Positions 49,501-61,500 of a DNA stretch of 64,000 bases are shown in pieces (position 1 is the first letter of the stretch; every line of letters begins with the position of its first letter). The stretch lies in NCBI GenBank assembly GCA_905178155.1, contig CAJINV010000025.1:272944-336943 (forward strand), written 5' to 3'. The position numbers and the translations under genes are program-made. The notes under the pieces are model-generated. The model made no database searches. It was not told the DNA's origin and saw only the letters and a list, made by a program, of their open reading frames with translations. Source of the DNA: Amoebophrya sp. A120. Lineage: Eukaryota > Protista > Dinoflagellata.

Positions 49501-52500
49501 GGGCCCAAAGCATGGCGCAACGGGTAAAAAGCTGCACGCGCTGCGTTCTACCGCAGCCAGTTTGCGGGGGTCCTGCCAAGGAATGCTCTCCCGGGCCCTG
49601 GGCATGGACCATGCCCATGGTTGCGCGTGTGGCGGGGCAGCGTTCCGAGCAAATTGCCGCAAGTCTCCCGGTCTAACTATTTCGGCACGCCTCGCGCCTG
49701 GTATAACCCATAGCGCTTGCGGGCGTCCTTCCCCCCCCCCCCCCCCCGGGCCCTCTTTCGCATGCTGCCGCGCATGCGAAATCAGGGCGCGCGCGCTGCC
49801 TATCTTCGCTTTTGCTTTAAAGCAATGCTATTGCTATGAGGAAAACGTCGGCACGCACGCACACTGCCCGTCGCGCCATAGGCCTAGCGCCCGCGCAGGC
49901 TTCCCGCGCTACCGGCCTTTTAGGGCGAGCGCTTCTATCGAAGGCGCCCGTAAGCGTGGTGGGGGTGGGCACTTCCATTTCCGTGGACTATTGTCTTCTT
50001 GCTTCAGAGCTTGTCGCTGGCTTGTGCCGGGAAATATATTTCCGATTGACCGAGATAGGCTGCTTTGTCTTTCTGCGCTGAATTGCTTCGCTTTCTGACA
50101 ATTCAGCTGCTGAGCTATTGCCTTCGTTTTTGGTCAAATACGACACAAGGTCCGCTATTTTCGCTTTTGAAGAAGTTGGCTGCTGAAATGCCTTGCTCGC
50201 TGTTTTCGGGTTTTCGTAATACGATACGATGTAAGGTTTTCTGGATTCTTAATACGTATTTGGGTACAATTCATCCTATACGACAACTCATCTACCTGCA
50301 TGCATTACAAATCTTTTTCTCAAGGTAAATCTGCATTACAAATTTTATTTCTCATGCTGAGGAATGCATTTTTTTATACGAGCGCGATACTTTTGCAGGT
50401 CATAACAGATGCTCCTGGACCGAGGAAAACAGTTTCTGAAGGAAAATCTCCCGGAACAGATCACCGCGCACGCATCGGTCGCCCCGTATTTGATGGACGT
50501 GGAGCAGCTGAAGAACGGTAACCCGGTCCTCTGGAGCGACGCTTACGGCGTCGTGAAGTCGTCGCCCGTTCTTGGTAGCACAGCGTACAGTCCTTCCGGC
50601 GTCGAGGTCAAAAACGGCGGTCGTGGCGCTCCGCGAGGCAAGGCAACTGGAGGTGGTGGCTCTACTCCTGCTTCCTTCTCTCAACTATCCTGTGCAAAAG
50701 TATCGTACTCGTACTAATTGCAGTCATGCATTACAATTTTTTTTCTTAAGGTGAATCCGCATGACAAATTTTATTTCTCATGCTGAGGGAATTTGTAATG
50801 CATGCACCCAGATGAATTGTCGTATAAGATGAAATGTAACAAAATACGTATCTGTTATCCAGCGAAGCTTGCAGCGTATCGTATTACGCAGCAGAGAAAA
50901 GCGAAAGCGAACACCAGCCGAGCCAAATTCGACAAAAGCAAAAAAGCAACCCTTGCAACATATTTTCCCAAAAATGAATTGCAAGAAGCATCAAGCGTTG
51001 TTGTAAAAATCGATGCAATTCAGCGTGAAAAGACAAAGCAGCTCAGCTTGCCGCTTCTGTGATATAGCTGCGCTGCGAAATAGAATAAGACGAGCAAGCG
51101 GAAAAAAAATGCAGCAAAGTAGCGACAGGAAAGCGAGCGCGATCTACTTCTATTGCCTCAGCTGCAGCTTCTGTGACAAAATTGACGCACTGAGAAACGC
51201 GATCAAAAAAAAAAGTCGCTCTTTAGATTGTGAAAATGTAGGGAATGAGAACGAGAAAGCCAAAGCTAACATAGGGAGAACAAAAATACACAGAACGAGT
51301 TCCACATTAGCAAATAAAGCCTACAAGACTTAACTTGCACCAACACAAAACGCAGGGACATATCAAATTAGCAACGCGAGTTTTGTATGAGAACAAAACG
51401 AGCGAAGGAGAACTTGCAGGCGAAGTGCAGCGTCGGGGCAAGTTGGTGAAAGCGTTAGCCGTCAATCAACATGCGGGGTGCGCTGTACTTCGTACGGAAA
51501 TGGAAACAGTTTGCAGAAACAGAAGACAGCAGAATAGTGTAAAAATTGCATGTAAAATTCAAGAAGAAGCGCATAGTGTACAAGTGGAGCGCAGCAACAG
51601 AGCGCGTTGGTCGAAGCGACAGCCTCAAATCAACTCGCGTGGTGCGCTGCGCTCCTAGTTGTAATAGTTATAGCTGATAACAGTTCAAGTCCGACACAAG
51701 AAGAGATACGAGAAAAGACGAGAAAAACGACTGATAAAAGTAGCACAACGCATGTTGTTTCTCACGAGAAATTACACATGCGAAAAAAAACAAAACGAGT
51801 AAAAGGAACGCAACGCATCTTCTAGCACAAGAAATAACAACCGCCCAAGAAGCTAAGCAAAAACGGAAAGCCGACGCCGCGGCGCTTTTCGCGTGCCCCC
51901 TCTTCAGGGCTCGGGATTCTTGAACGCAGACAGAGACCGGCGCCCCTCCGAGGCGGAGGACGTCGAGGCCATGCGGTGCAGTTCCTGAAGCTCCGGCGGG
52001 GCGCGCGGCTCGATCGAAGTCGTGCGCCACGTTGCCGGCATGCGCAGAAACTGGCCGCCTTGAAAATTTCGCGTGAGCGCCAAAGGAATGAAAACGACGC
52101 AAGGGCACCGCTGAGCACGCCACCACGCCATTGGTGCAGCCTCATAAATTCGCCAAACGATGCTGACACCAGTAACGCCCTCAATGCGGATCCGAATTCC
52201 GCGCGTCGCCCCCTCGACACGGGTGACCGAACCCCGGATGTTCGTGGGAACTTGTTTCGGGCCGGCAGTTTCCAGCTCGGCGACGTCGACGTAGGCTTTC
52301 GTTTGCCCTTATGCACTGCAAAATCGCACTGGCGCAACGTAATTACGCAAGCAGCCAAATAAAAACAAAGAAAAACTAGAGGCCAGCATGCTTCTGGGCG
52401 CATAAAGAGAAAAAAAGACACTGAGAAAAATGCGCAACCACATGCGCGCCAGCACGAGTGTTGCAGAGCTTAAGAGCGGAAGCGACCCCGAGCCAAAAAC

Positions 52501-55500
52501 GCGATCCATTGCGGGGTCGACGGCGACGACCGCGGAAAGATCGTCGCCCGCAGCTGGAGGCGGTGGCCCAGCAATCGACGCCGTTTCTTGTTGGACTCGT
52601 GGCGGGACGTGATTCGGCGCGGCAGGCGGCGCGGTCTCGGTGGGAGGCGCAGGCGGCGCGGCGACTTGCGTGAGGCCCGTGGGGCACCGCTTGAGGTCCT
52701 TCCAAGGAACATCGCGCAGAGTCGTTTCGCGTTTCTTGCCGGAGAGGACTCCGTCGCTGCGGACATCCACCCCGAGCGCCTTCACCTGCGTAACGACGAA
52801 AGGCCCCAAGAATTTTGTTGCCAAGCCGGGGCTTTTCTGTCTGTTTCTGCACAAAACACGTTCCCCAATTTTCAGCTTTTTAATGTCCTTCAGCCTGCCC
52901 CCGTCCTCCCGATTTTCAAAGAAGCGGCTGCGATTGCGTAGCGCCTGTCTGGCCAGGGAGCCGCGCAACGTTGCGGCCGCAAAATCAGCAGCGCCATCAC
53001 TTTCGCCACCCGCGGCCCCGGCGCCGTGTTTCCGTTCCTCGGAATTCTGCGGCGGGGGTCCAGCCAGTGGGGTGGCTGAGGCTGCGCTTGCGCTTTCTGC
53101 CGCGGCGCCCTTGTCTGCAACGATATGCGGAGGCGCACGCTGCACGGGATGCAGAGTGGCTTCGGTGATGTCCCGTAAGGGGCGGAGAAACGTGTTCAAA
53201 TGCCTCGCAGCGGGAATCCGACGGCCCCGCGTCGCCCGTCGGTTCAGTGCCGCAACAGACGCAGGCAAATGACGAGGCCAATCCTTTTCGCCCCCCCTTT
53301 TACGCAGTTGCTGCTTCAACTGTCCATTGTAGGTTATCATCGAAAAATCCTCCCTCCCCATATTGCAAAAGGAATTTGCGTTGCTGATGCGTGGCCGCGA
53401 GTTGTAGTCCGTTGCAGAACACGCGCGAACACGAACCCAGCAACACGAATGGTCTTCATAAATAGGGGGGAGCGTCTTTTTCAGTTTCGTAGAACTTTCC
53501 GCGGCACCATTGGACTGCGGATGCGCGCGAGGGCTTTCGCGGATATCCGTGCGAAAGGCTGCGCCCGCCGGGGGGTCGTTGGTGAAGGTCGCGCACTTAT
53601 GGTCGCGCGTCAAGCAGGTGCACTGGCTCCAGTTCTTTATCTGCTGCAGCTCTGTGCCCTTGTCAATGTTCAAATGATCCGGCACGCCGTGTTCCTCGAT
53701 CATGTCCAGATACGCTTGCTTGACCTCTTCCGCCTCGAAGCTCGTCAGCAGTTTGGAACAAACAGCGCCAGTCGTGAGGCAGCACATGTTCAAACAACCG
53801 ACGAAGCGCGTGCCGACATTTTTGCCGCGGTGCGCCGAGTTTTCGCAGGGGGTGCAAACTATGCAGTCGAGCCCTGCCCAGGCAAAAGGCCGAAGGGACT
53901 CACTGGCGGGGTCCTTGAGCGCCGCCAAAGTACTGCTTGCGTAAGAATCCTGCTGCTGCGGCGCATGTTCTTCGTTGGCCGCGCAAGCCTCGCACGCTTG
54001 CACCGCAGCCCGCGCGCTTTCTTTCAAGCCGCACCACGTGAAGCCAAGCTGCTGGATGGCCACCCCAGTTGCCTCAATTCCCCCATGCGACCGCAAATGC
54101 CCAAGGGCCGCAATGCGCTGTTTTTCCGCGTCGTCGTCGGCGCCGATGACGGTAAGCCAATCCGGATACACCGTCAGCGCCTCGGTGGTTTTGCGTCCGT
54201 AGCCCTGGAACTCTGCGCGGGCCTGCAGCTTGCCCGTGCCCGGGGCCAAGCGGAAAAAGTTTTTCTTTGTTTTCCACCACTTCCGCTGCCGCGCGGTAAG
54301 TCCCAACGCTTTGGAAGCCGCCCCAATGTCAGCAGCTCGCAGCAAGAATTCAATCGCGCCATCGGGCAAAGAAAAATTTTTGCCGGCGTTGGACTTTCGC
54401 CCGCGCTTTCGTGGGGGGGGCGCGCACTCGCTCGCATCCGAAGCAGCCTCCCCATCGCTTTCGCTCGAGTCGCTCAAGCTAACAACGCTCGAAACCGACG
54501 GCGCCGGCGCATCTGCTTCCGCTGCACGTTTGCGAGAGGCCAAGCCAACCGCCACAGGTTCGCCCTCTTGCGTTTCCAAAACCGTTTCGGCCTTCGTTTC
54601 GGGGGGCGGGGCAAAGGAAGTCCCCGTCGCTTCCGCTTTCGGCTGAGCGCCGCGCCTGACAAAGGCGTTGTAGTGGCGGCCATCGTACTCGAGTCGGATC
54701 GCCTTCGCGCCGCTTCCGATTTTCTGCGCCTGCTCTTGAGAACCCGGGGCGGGTTCGATCTGAATCGACAACACTATGCAAAAGAAAAAGCAAACCAGCC
54801 CACTACACATCAGAGACAAGAGAGGCACGGGCCGCAAATTTTCGCAAAACGCGCGCCGCATCCCGCGCAAAAACGACAGCGCGCGGCGTGCCGCTCGGCT
54901 CTTTTAGGTGCGGGCGGGCTCATTTTTTCGGGTAGGGTCCATGACTTTCGCCACAGCCTCCAAAAATGCGTGGCCCAGCCATACCGTTGCCGCGGGGTGC
55001 AGAAGTTTTCCCAACCAGGCCAGCCACTTGCTCTGCTCTGCTAAAACCGCGGGGCCCGCCGGCTCGTCCACTCCGTACTCCCCCACCCAAAACGGACCAA
55101 GCTCTTCGCGCTTGTCCGCCATGAAACCCTCCACCAACTGCTTCACCTTCGGCATGCTGATGCCTGTGGCCGCCGCAATCGAAAGAGGGCAACAATTGCC
55201 GTTCCCCTCGATCTTTTGCAAAACATCGGTCGAAGCCGCACCACAATCGCTGAAAAAACGAAGCCCCCCCCCGATATCGTTTCGGGCTTCTGTCATGCTG
55301 ATCTCCTGAATTTCCCGGGATTTTCGTGGAAAATCCTGGGAAACCAGCGAAAGCGCAACCAAGTCCGCGCATTAGCTGAAACAACGACGGGGGGGGCGCC
55401 TGTGTTCACGGCCTTAAGCTTCCCCCGGGGCGGCCGCAGCAGGGGCCTCCGCCGGTTTCTCGCCGCGGATCCACTCGACCCGGCACAGCCACTTGCCCCG

Positions 55501-58500
55501 TCCCGGCTTGGGGTTGCGGCTGCCGGGGAGCCTCCCGACTTGGCTCGGCTTGTTGGCGTGCCTGTCCCCCCCTAAAAGGGGGACCATCACCGTGCGGAAA
55601 TCTTTTTCCGCTGTCGCGCCGCCGGGGACCTGAAACCACGCCTGCCAGCAGGCCGCCGAAGTGCGGGTCACCAACTGGCAGCGGTGGTCTTCCTTCGCCC
55701 TTTCCACCACCCCCGGCGCAGCGTTGTCCAGGTCGACCAAAAAATATCAAACACGCAAAGCCTCCGCAAAACAGCGCCGCGCTACGGGCGCGCGCGCGAG
55801 GTATTGCCCGACGGCTGGGCAGGAAATTGAGCGACCGCCCAATCCCCCCTGCCCTTCTGTCATGGTGCTTGGCCGCGGCCAATCAAGCAAGCGGCGCCCC
55901 TTTCCCCTTGTACGGGCGGCAAGCTAGAAGGAAAACGCGAACCCGCAACGCCCCCCATGCTACTAAAAGCGCGCGCACGAGGCGGGGGGCGGCGCTGCCC
56001 TATCTAGCCAAGGAACGGCCCCGGCGCTGCGCCACACTGGGCGCGCGCCTTGCAACTCGGGTCGCCTCGCTCGGCCGCCGGCCGGCCGAAGAAATTTTCT
56101 CACCAACCGGCGAAAACCTGCGCCGCGACCTTGGCCGGGGCCTAGGGTTTAGAATCTCCACCGGGCGCCCGCGGCTTTGCAGAAAAACGCCGCAACTCCA
56201 TCGCGCGCAATGCTTGCGCGCCGTTGCGAAGGCTTTGCGCGTGCACATGCGTAAAATCCAGTCGGAGCCCATCGGGCGAAAGAAATAATGAAAATCCTTC
56301 CCGAGCGCGTTGGGCCGCCACGCCTTCGGGTCCGCTCGCTGCTCCATGCTGGCGACGCCTGAAAAACAGAAAAGATGAGTGTTGCTATTTGACATGTGAA
56401 AAAGGAAACCTCACTACGCGGAAAACGACTGAAGCGCCCTGTTTCCCCTCCCTTACTATAAGAAAGCGGAAGCGAAAATCTATCGCAACACCCAAGCGAA
56501 AAAGAATACCTCCCCCACCACGCAGCGGGTCCTTGGCCTGTGTCAGGATCAACTTCCGGAGGGCCCCGACCGGCAACAACTTCGTGACCCGTGACCTATC
56601 CCCGAAAAAAATGCTGTCCACACAAAGCTGGCGACCTCACTGCATACAAGATCGAAAACGCGAACCGGCAAAACAAAAAAAAAATCCGTTGCCCCTCGGC
56701 GGGGCAAATGCAAAAAGCCACCACGAGGCCCCGCCGCCTTCCATGCGCCTGGGGAGTCCATTTTTTTGGGGGATAGGTCATGTCTGCGACAAGTGCCGCC
56801 GCATCCAGATCGTTCGTCACCAGCCCTTCCCCCGTGTACCGGTAACCCGGAAACGCCGACGGCATCGGGGGGGGCGGGGGGGGCAGGTTGTGCAGGCCCG
56901 GGCCACCGGCCGTGCGGCCCGCGGGCGGATCGATGTTGCGCCCGGACGCTTTGCCGCTCGCCTTCGAATTGTCCCCGCAATCGGAGTCGCTCGCCACAGA
57001 AGCCGGGCCCGCGTCGAGCTGCCCGTTGGTGGGGGCCTGGGTTCCGTCCGGAGCCGGGGCAGCGGGGGCCGGGTCCTGCAGCCAAGAAACGCCCAAGACA
57101 CTGCCCGGGCCACTGTGCGGAAATGCCGCCATTAGGCCGGCATCCCGCGTCTTTGTGGCGACATTCGCGGCAAAATCTTTCTGCTCGGGGCTGATGGGCT
57201 GCGCCCCTTCCATCGCCATCGCCAACATCCCGCCAAGCATGCTGCGCCATAATGGGAAAAAGTGCGCCCAAGCAAATCACGGGCGGGGGCCCTTGTATCA
57301 TAAAAAACAGCCCAAAGCGCCAGGCGCTGCCTGGCCTGGGCGCCGCAAAAGGCGGAGCCCTTAGCGGGCGGAAACCCTGCAAAGCCTGGGGATTTGTCAT
57401 GCCTAAAAAGCTGCCCGCGCCCTGCAATTGCAGGGGCTTGGTTTTTTTTCGTATTTTTTCCTTGGCGCTGAGGCCCTTCCCGAGCGTCTCCAAGCGCTTG
57501 AAATTCGCCCACAGCTTCGCCACCTTCATACGAGTGAGCCGCAGGCGGTCGCGCTGCTTGTCCGAGTAAGCGCCCGGGTCACTCATGTCGACCCACCCCG
57601 CGGGAGTCAGGCGAGGGGGAAAATTGCCCGAGTCCCCGAAGCAGAAGTCGGAATCCTGCAAGTCCAGCAAGCCAGCGACCGCCAAGGCCTTGGCCCGGTC
57701 GTAATCGCCGGCCACCGAAACGATTTCCATGGCCATGGTGTTTGTTGTTTTCTTTCGATTTGCAAGGCGAAACCGAAAAAATGCGAGAAGAAGAAAAACG
57801 CGCAACAACGACAAAGATAAAGAAGCCAGAAGCGTCGCAAGCTAGTGCGTAGCTGGTGTTTTTTTGCTTAGTAGTCGAGAGGTTTTTTTTTGTGGTTAGT
57901 GTGCTCGTTTTTCGTCCGAGGTAGACAAGTTGTTTTTTTTTGGGTAGCGTGTTCTTTTTTTCGTCTGAACAAGACAAACTGAAGTTGGGCACTGTAAGGG
58001 TAATGAAGATGAAACAAGAAAAAAGTAATATAAGCATGAGCCAACGCAAAGTCATCATATGCCTATCACGTGACTGCTCACATGATAATCGTATGATTTT
58101 GCACCCCCATAAGCCATTTTGAGTTGTTTCGCTCACATGATAATCATGTGATTATCATGTGAGGCCCGACGCTCGACAGCGAAAGTATTTTTCCAATTAT
58201 ATGACGCAACGCCCGTCATACGTACGAAAGGAAGCGTAAAAACGTGAACGAAACACAACGAAAACAACGAAAGAACGAAAACCGATCGTATACACAATAC
58301 GACGACAACTCAGATTGCATCCCGTAAGGCCATGAAAAAAAGTGAAAAAGACAACTCAGCACGAAGCAATTCAGATTACTGCATGCATTTATACGATTAC
58401 GATACTTATGCAATGCATATCAACCCGCCCCGGAAGCGACGAGGACAAATGATGGCAAGAACGTCACTCTCACTATCAACTGCAAATATGTCTGGGTTTG

Positions 58501-61500
58501 GAAACTTCAACTTGTGATGCATGTCACTGAATAATATATAACCACACTGTAATGCACCGCCAGGCATGACAAATTTTTTGTTTTCTCGTGGGGGTTGTGT
58601 TGCCTTGCGTAGTCCGCATGAGAACAAATAACAGCGTCTTTGCATGACAGATCGAAGAGGAGGTGTGCCGATGGCCCTACGCAACACAGAGTTCAGAGTC
58701 ACATGCCAAACTAGCATGAGAAATCTCGCAATCTTCCAGACCCAGATGACATATTTGCGAGACATACTCGCAAAAGACCAACGGTCTTCCACCACCTCGG
58801 CCTACCTTGGGGGCCTCGATGAGACAACGGATGATGAGGAAGATGAATTTACGGTGAACGAAGGCGCGGTGACGTTCGGCGCAGCGCTTTCTGCCGCCGC
58901 GGGAGCGGGCGGGAACATATCAAATTTTAATTTAAAAATGTCTGGGTCTGGAAGAATACAAACTTGTGATGCACATTTCAGAACACAGAGAAATCTCTCA
59001 TGCATAGGTAGCCAAAGCTGCTCACTTTCTGTTACCAAAGTGGGGCGACATTTGTCATGCGAATTCGGCATTGCGGAAGCTTCTCGAAAACCTGTGACGC
59101 TAGAGCTTCCATGCCACCAGACCTTCTGTGTCATGCAAAAACAGCATGACTCTTCCAGACCCAGACACTTTTGCTGCACTCGATAGAACAACAAAGGCAG
59201 CAATAGTATTATTAAAGGCGCACGAGCGAAAACGAGGACGAAGCGTCACAAGATTGACTCGCATAGTCTTGGCGGCCACTTATCCTGTGCAAAAGTATCG
59301 TATTCGTACTAATTGCATTTATGCATTACAAATCTTTTTGTTAAGGCAAATCCGCATTACAAATTCAATTTGTGATGCTAATCCAATTTGTAATGCAATT
59401 TATACTAGTACGATGCTTTGGCAATTCATACCACTCCGTGTCTGTCGAATCGCAAGATGAGATATCAACTGTAAAAATGTCTGGGTCTGGAAGGGTTGGA
59501 ACTTGTGATGCAAACTCTGGAACACGCAAAAATTTGTGTTGCATGAGCGCCAAAAGCTGTCCATTTCTTGGCACGCAAGTAGGAAGTTTCTCATGCGGGA
59601 CAGGCATCATGAGGCGTGCTCAAAACCTGTGATGCNNNNNNNNNNNNNNNNNNNNNNNNNNNNNNNNNNNNNNNNNNNNNNNNNNNNNNNNNNNNNNNNN
59701 NNNNNNNNNNNNNNNNNNNNNNNNNNNNNNNNNNNNNNNNNNNNNNNNNNNNNNNNNNNNNNNNNNNNNNNNNNNNNNNNNNNNNNNNNNNNNNNNNNNN
59801 NNNNNNNNNNNNNNNNNNNNNNNNNNNNNNNNNNNNNNNNNNNNNNNNNNNNNNNNNNNNNNNNNNNNNNNNNNNNNNNNNNNNNNNNNNNNNNNNNNNN
59901 NNNNNNNNNNNNNNNNNNNNNNNNNNNNNNNNNNNNNNNNNNNNNNNNNNNNNNNNNNNNNNNNNNNNNNNNNNNNNNNNNNNNNNNNNNNNNNNNNNNN
60001 NNNNNNNNNNNNNNNNNNNNNNNNNNNNNNNNNNNNNNNNNNNNNNNNNNNNNNNNNNNNNNNNNNNNNNNNNNNNNNNNNNNNNNNNNNNNNNNNNNNN
60101 NNNNNNNNNNNNNNNNNNNNNNNNNNNNNNNNNNNNNNNNNNNNNNNNNNNNNNNNNNNNNNNNNNNNNNNNNNNNNNNNNNNNNNNNNNNNNNNNNNNN
60201 NNNNNNNNNNNNNNNNNNNNNNNNNNNNNNNNNNNNNNNNNNNNNNCTAGTGTTCGACCGCTTTCTGTTTGAAACCAGCGCCGCGCGCACAGCTTCGGTC
60301 TTCGTGCGCCCATTGATCGGAAGCAGCGTCCCTAAATCCTACGGCCGGCAGCCGTGCCACCGTAAACAATAGTCGCGCAGCGCTTCGCGCCTCACAAACC
60401 AAAATCGCGCGCGCGCGCGCCAAAATACAGGACCTTTTGGGGCTTGTTGCGTGCACATACTTTTTGCGACATATGGTGCCCGCAAGGTATGCTCTGTAGC
60501 TCATCGGGATTCTTTTCTCCCGTTGCCCGCTCTTTTTTTCGGGGTTTGGCACGTGCACTACGTATGGTTCTCTTCTTTTTCGTATGCCCGGAACCTTCAC
60601 GAACTAGTTCGTGAACTGGGGTACACTCTCGAACCGATTCACATTGCAAATTTTCTCAGCGTGAGAAATAAAATTTGTAATGCTGATTTGGATTGACAAA
60701 GAAATTTGTAATGCAAGACCCGCATTTAAGTATACGAGTACGATACTTTTGCACAGCATAAATCTTCGTGCTGCTGCCACCGAAAACGAGCACGAAGCGC
60801 ATGTTGACGGCCACTCCGTGTCTGTCGAATCGCAAGATGAGATATGGATTGCAAAAATGTCTGGGTCTGGAAGAATGCAGGAATTTGCCATGCAGATTTT
60901 GCATGACCGATGAGGTCTGTGATGCATGCCCTAGCATCAGAGATTTTGCGAGGGCTTTCTGATGCTCATACCGCATTAGAAATGCTCTCTCCGCGTAGCA
61001 CAAATTACACCTCTTTTGCTGTTCATGTAAAACTGATCAAACCGGTACCCCTGGACAATCGGGCACCTCCAAGCGGAATATGTATGGAAGAAAAGTATGA
61101 TTTCGATAAAAAACACACTGGGAAATGTAGGAAACATACAAAAAGCCGGTGTGAAAATCGGTACCTCCGTACCGAAAAAAGTAGAGAAGGTGCGGCGACG
61201 GAGGCGTGCAGACCGAGCGACGAGAGCCCGCGCCTGTCATGTGCCGCAGCCGCGCCCGCGCCCTGTCGGCCGACACGACACGGGAGACGATAGGCGGGCG
61301 ACGAGCTGGCGACATAGCGCGCGCGCGCGCGATGATGCAGTAGCGACTATGCGGAACGAAGCAGGGCCGGCTTTATCATGTTTCTGTTGGAAGTTGCACG
61401 GTTGGCGCCGCAGCGGCGCTTTGACAGTGGTTCGCTGGACGAACCGACGGACGTTCAGCGCAACTCAAACGAATTGATAGCGTGCGCGAGCGGACTCGCG

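Larger units (their letters stand above)
50803..58383 (-). mobile_element. Ginger-like (Gypsy-integrase-related) DNA transposon, 7581 bp
   Basis: TGCA...TGCA ends with short imperfect TIR (TGCAxxxxxxTGAATTG), 4-bp TGCA TSD, encodes OTU plus DDE integrase, no RT or LTRs seen. Confidence 0.85.
50686..58419. mobile_element. Family B introner hosting a 7.6-kb transposon
   Basis: Halves 50686-50802 and 58384-58419; DR TCAAC/TCAAC; exons on either side join in frame. Confidence 0.88.

Noticed and set aside
53200-55044. 614-aa + strand ORF
   Set aside because: Antisense shadow of the GC-rich integrase gene.
52309-57814. LTR retrotransposon or Polinton
   Set aside because: No RT, RNase H, LTRs, polB or capsid motifs recognised.
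50803-58383. Element as the autonomous mobiliser of the introners
   Set aside because: Its ends (TGCA) and TSD (4 bp) differ from introner ends (TAT..ATA) and 5-bp DR; it is nested in, not bounded by, introner TIRs.
49104-58419. One giant 9.3-kb family B element
   Set aside because: Resolves into two introners with their own DRs, separated by an in-frame host exon (50410-50685).
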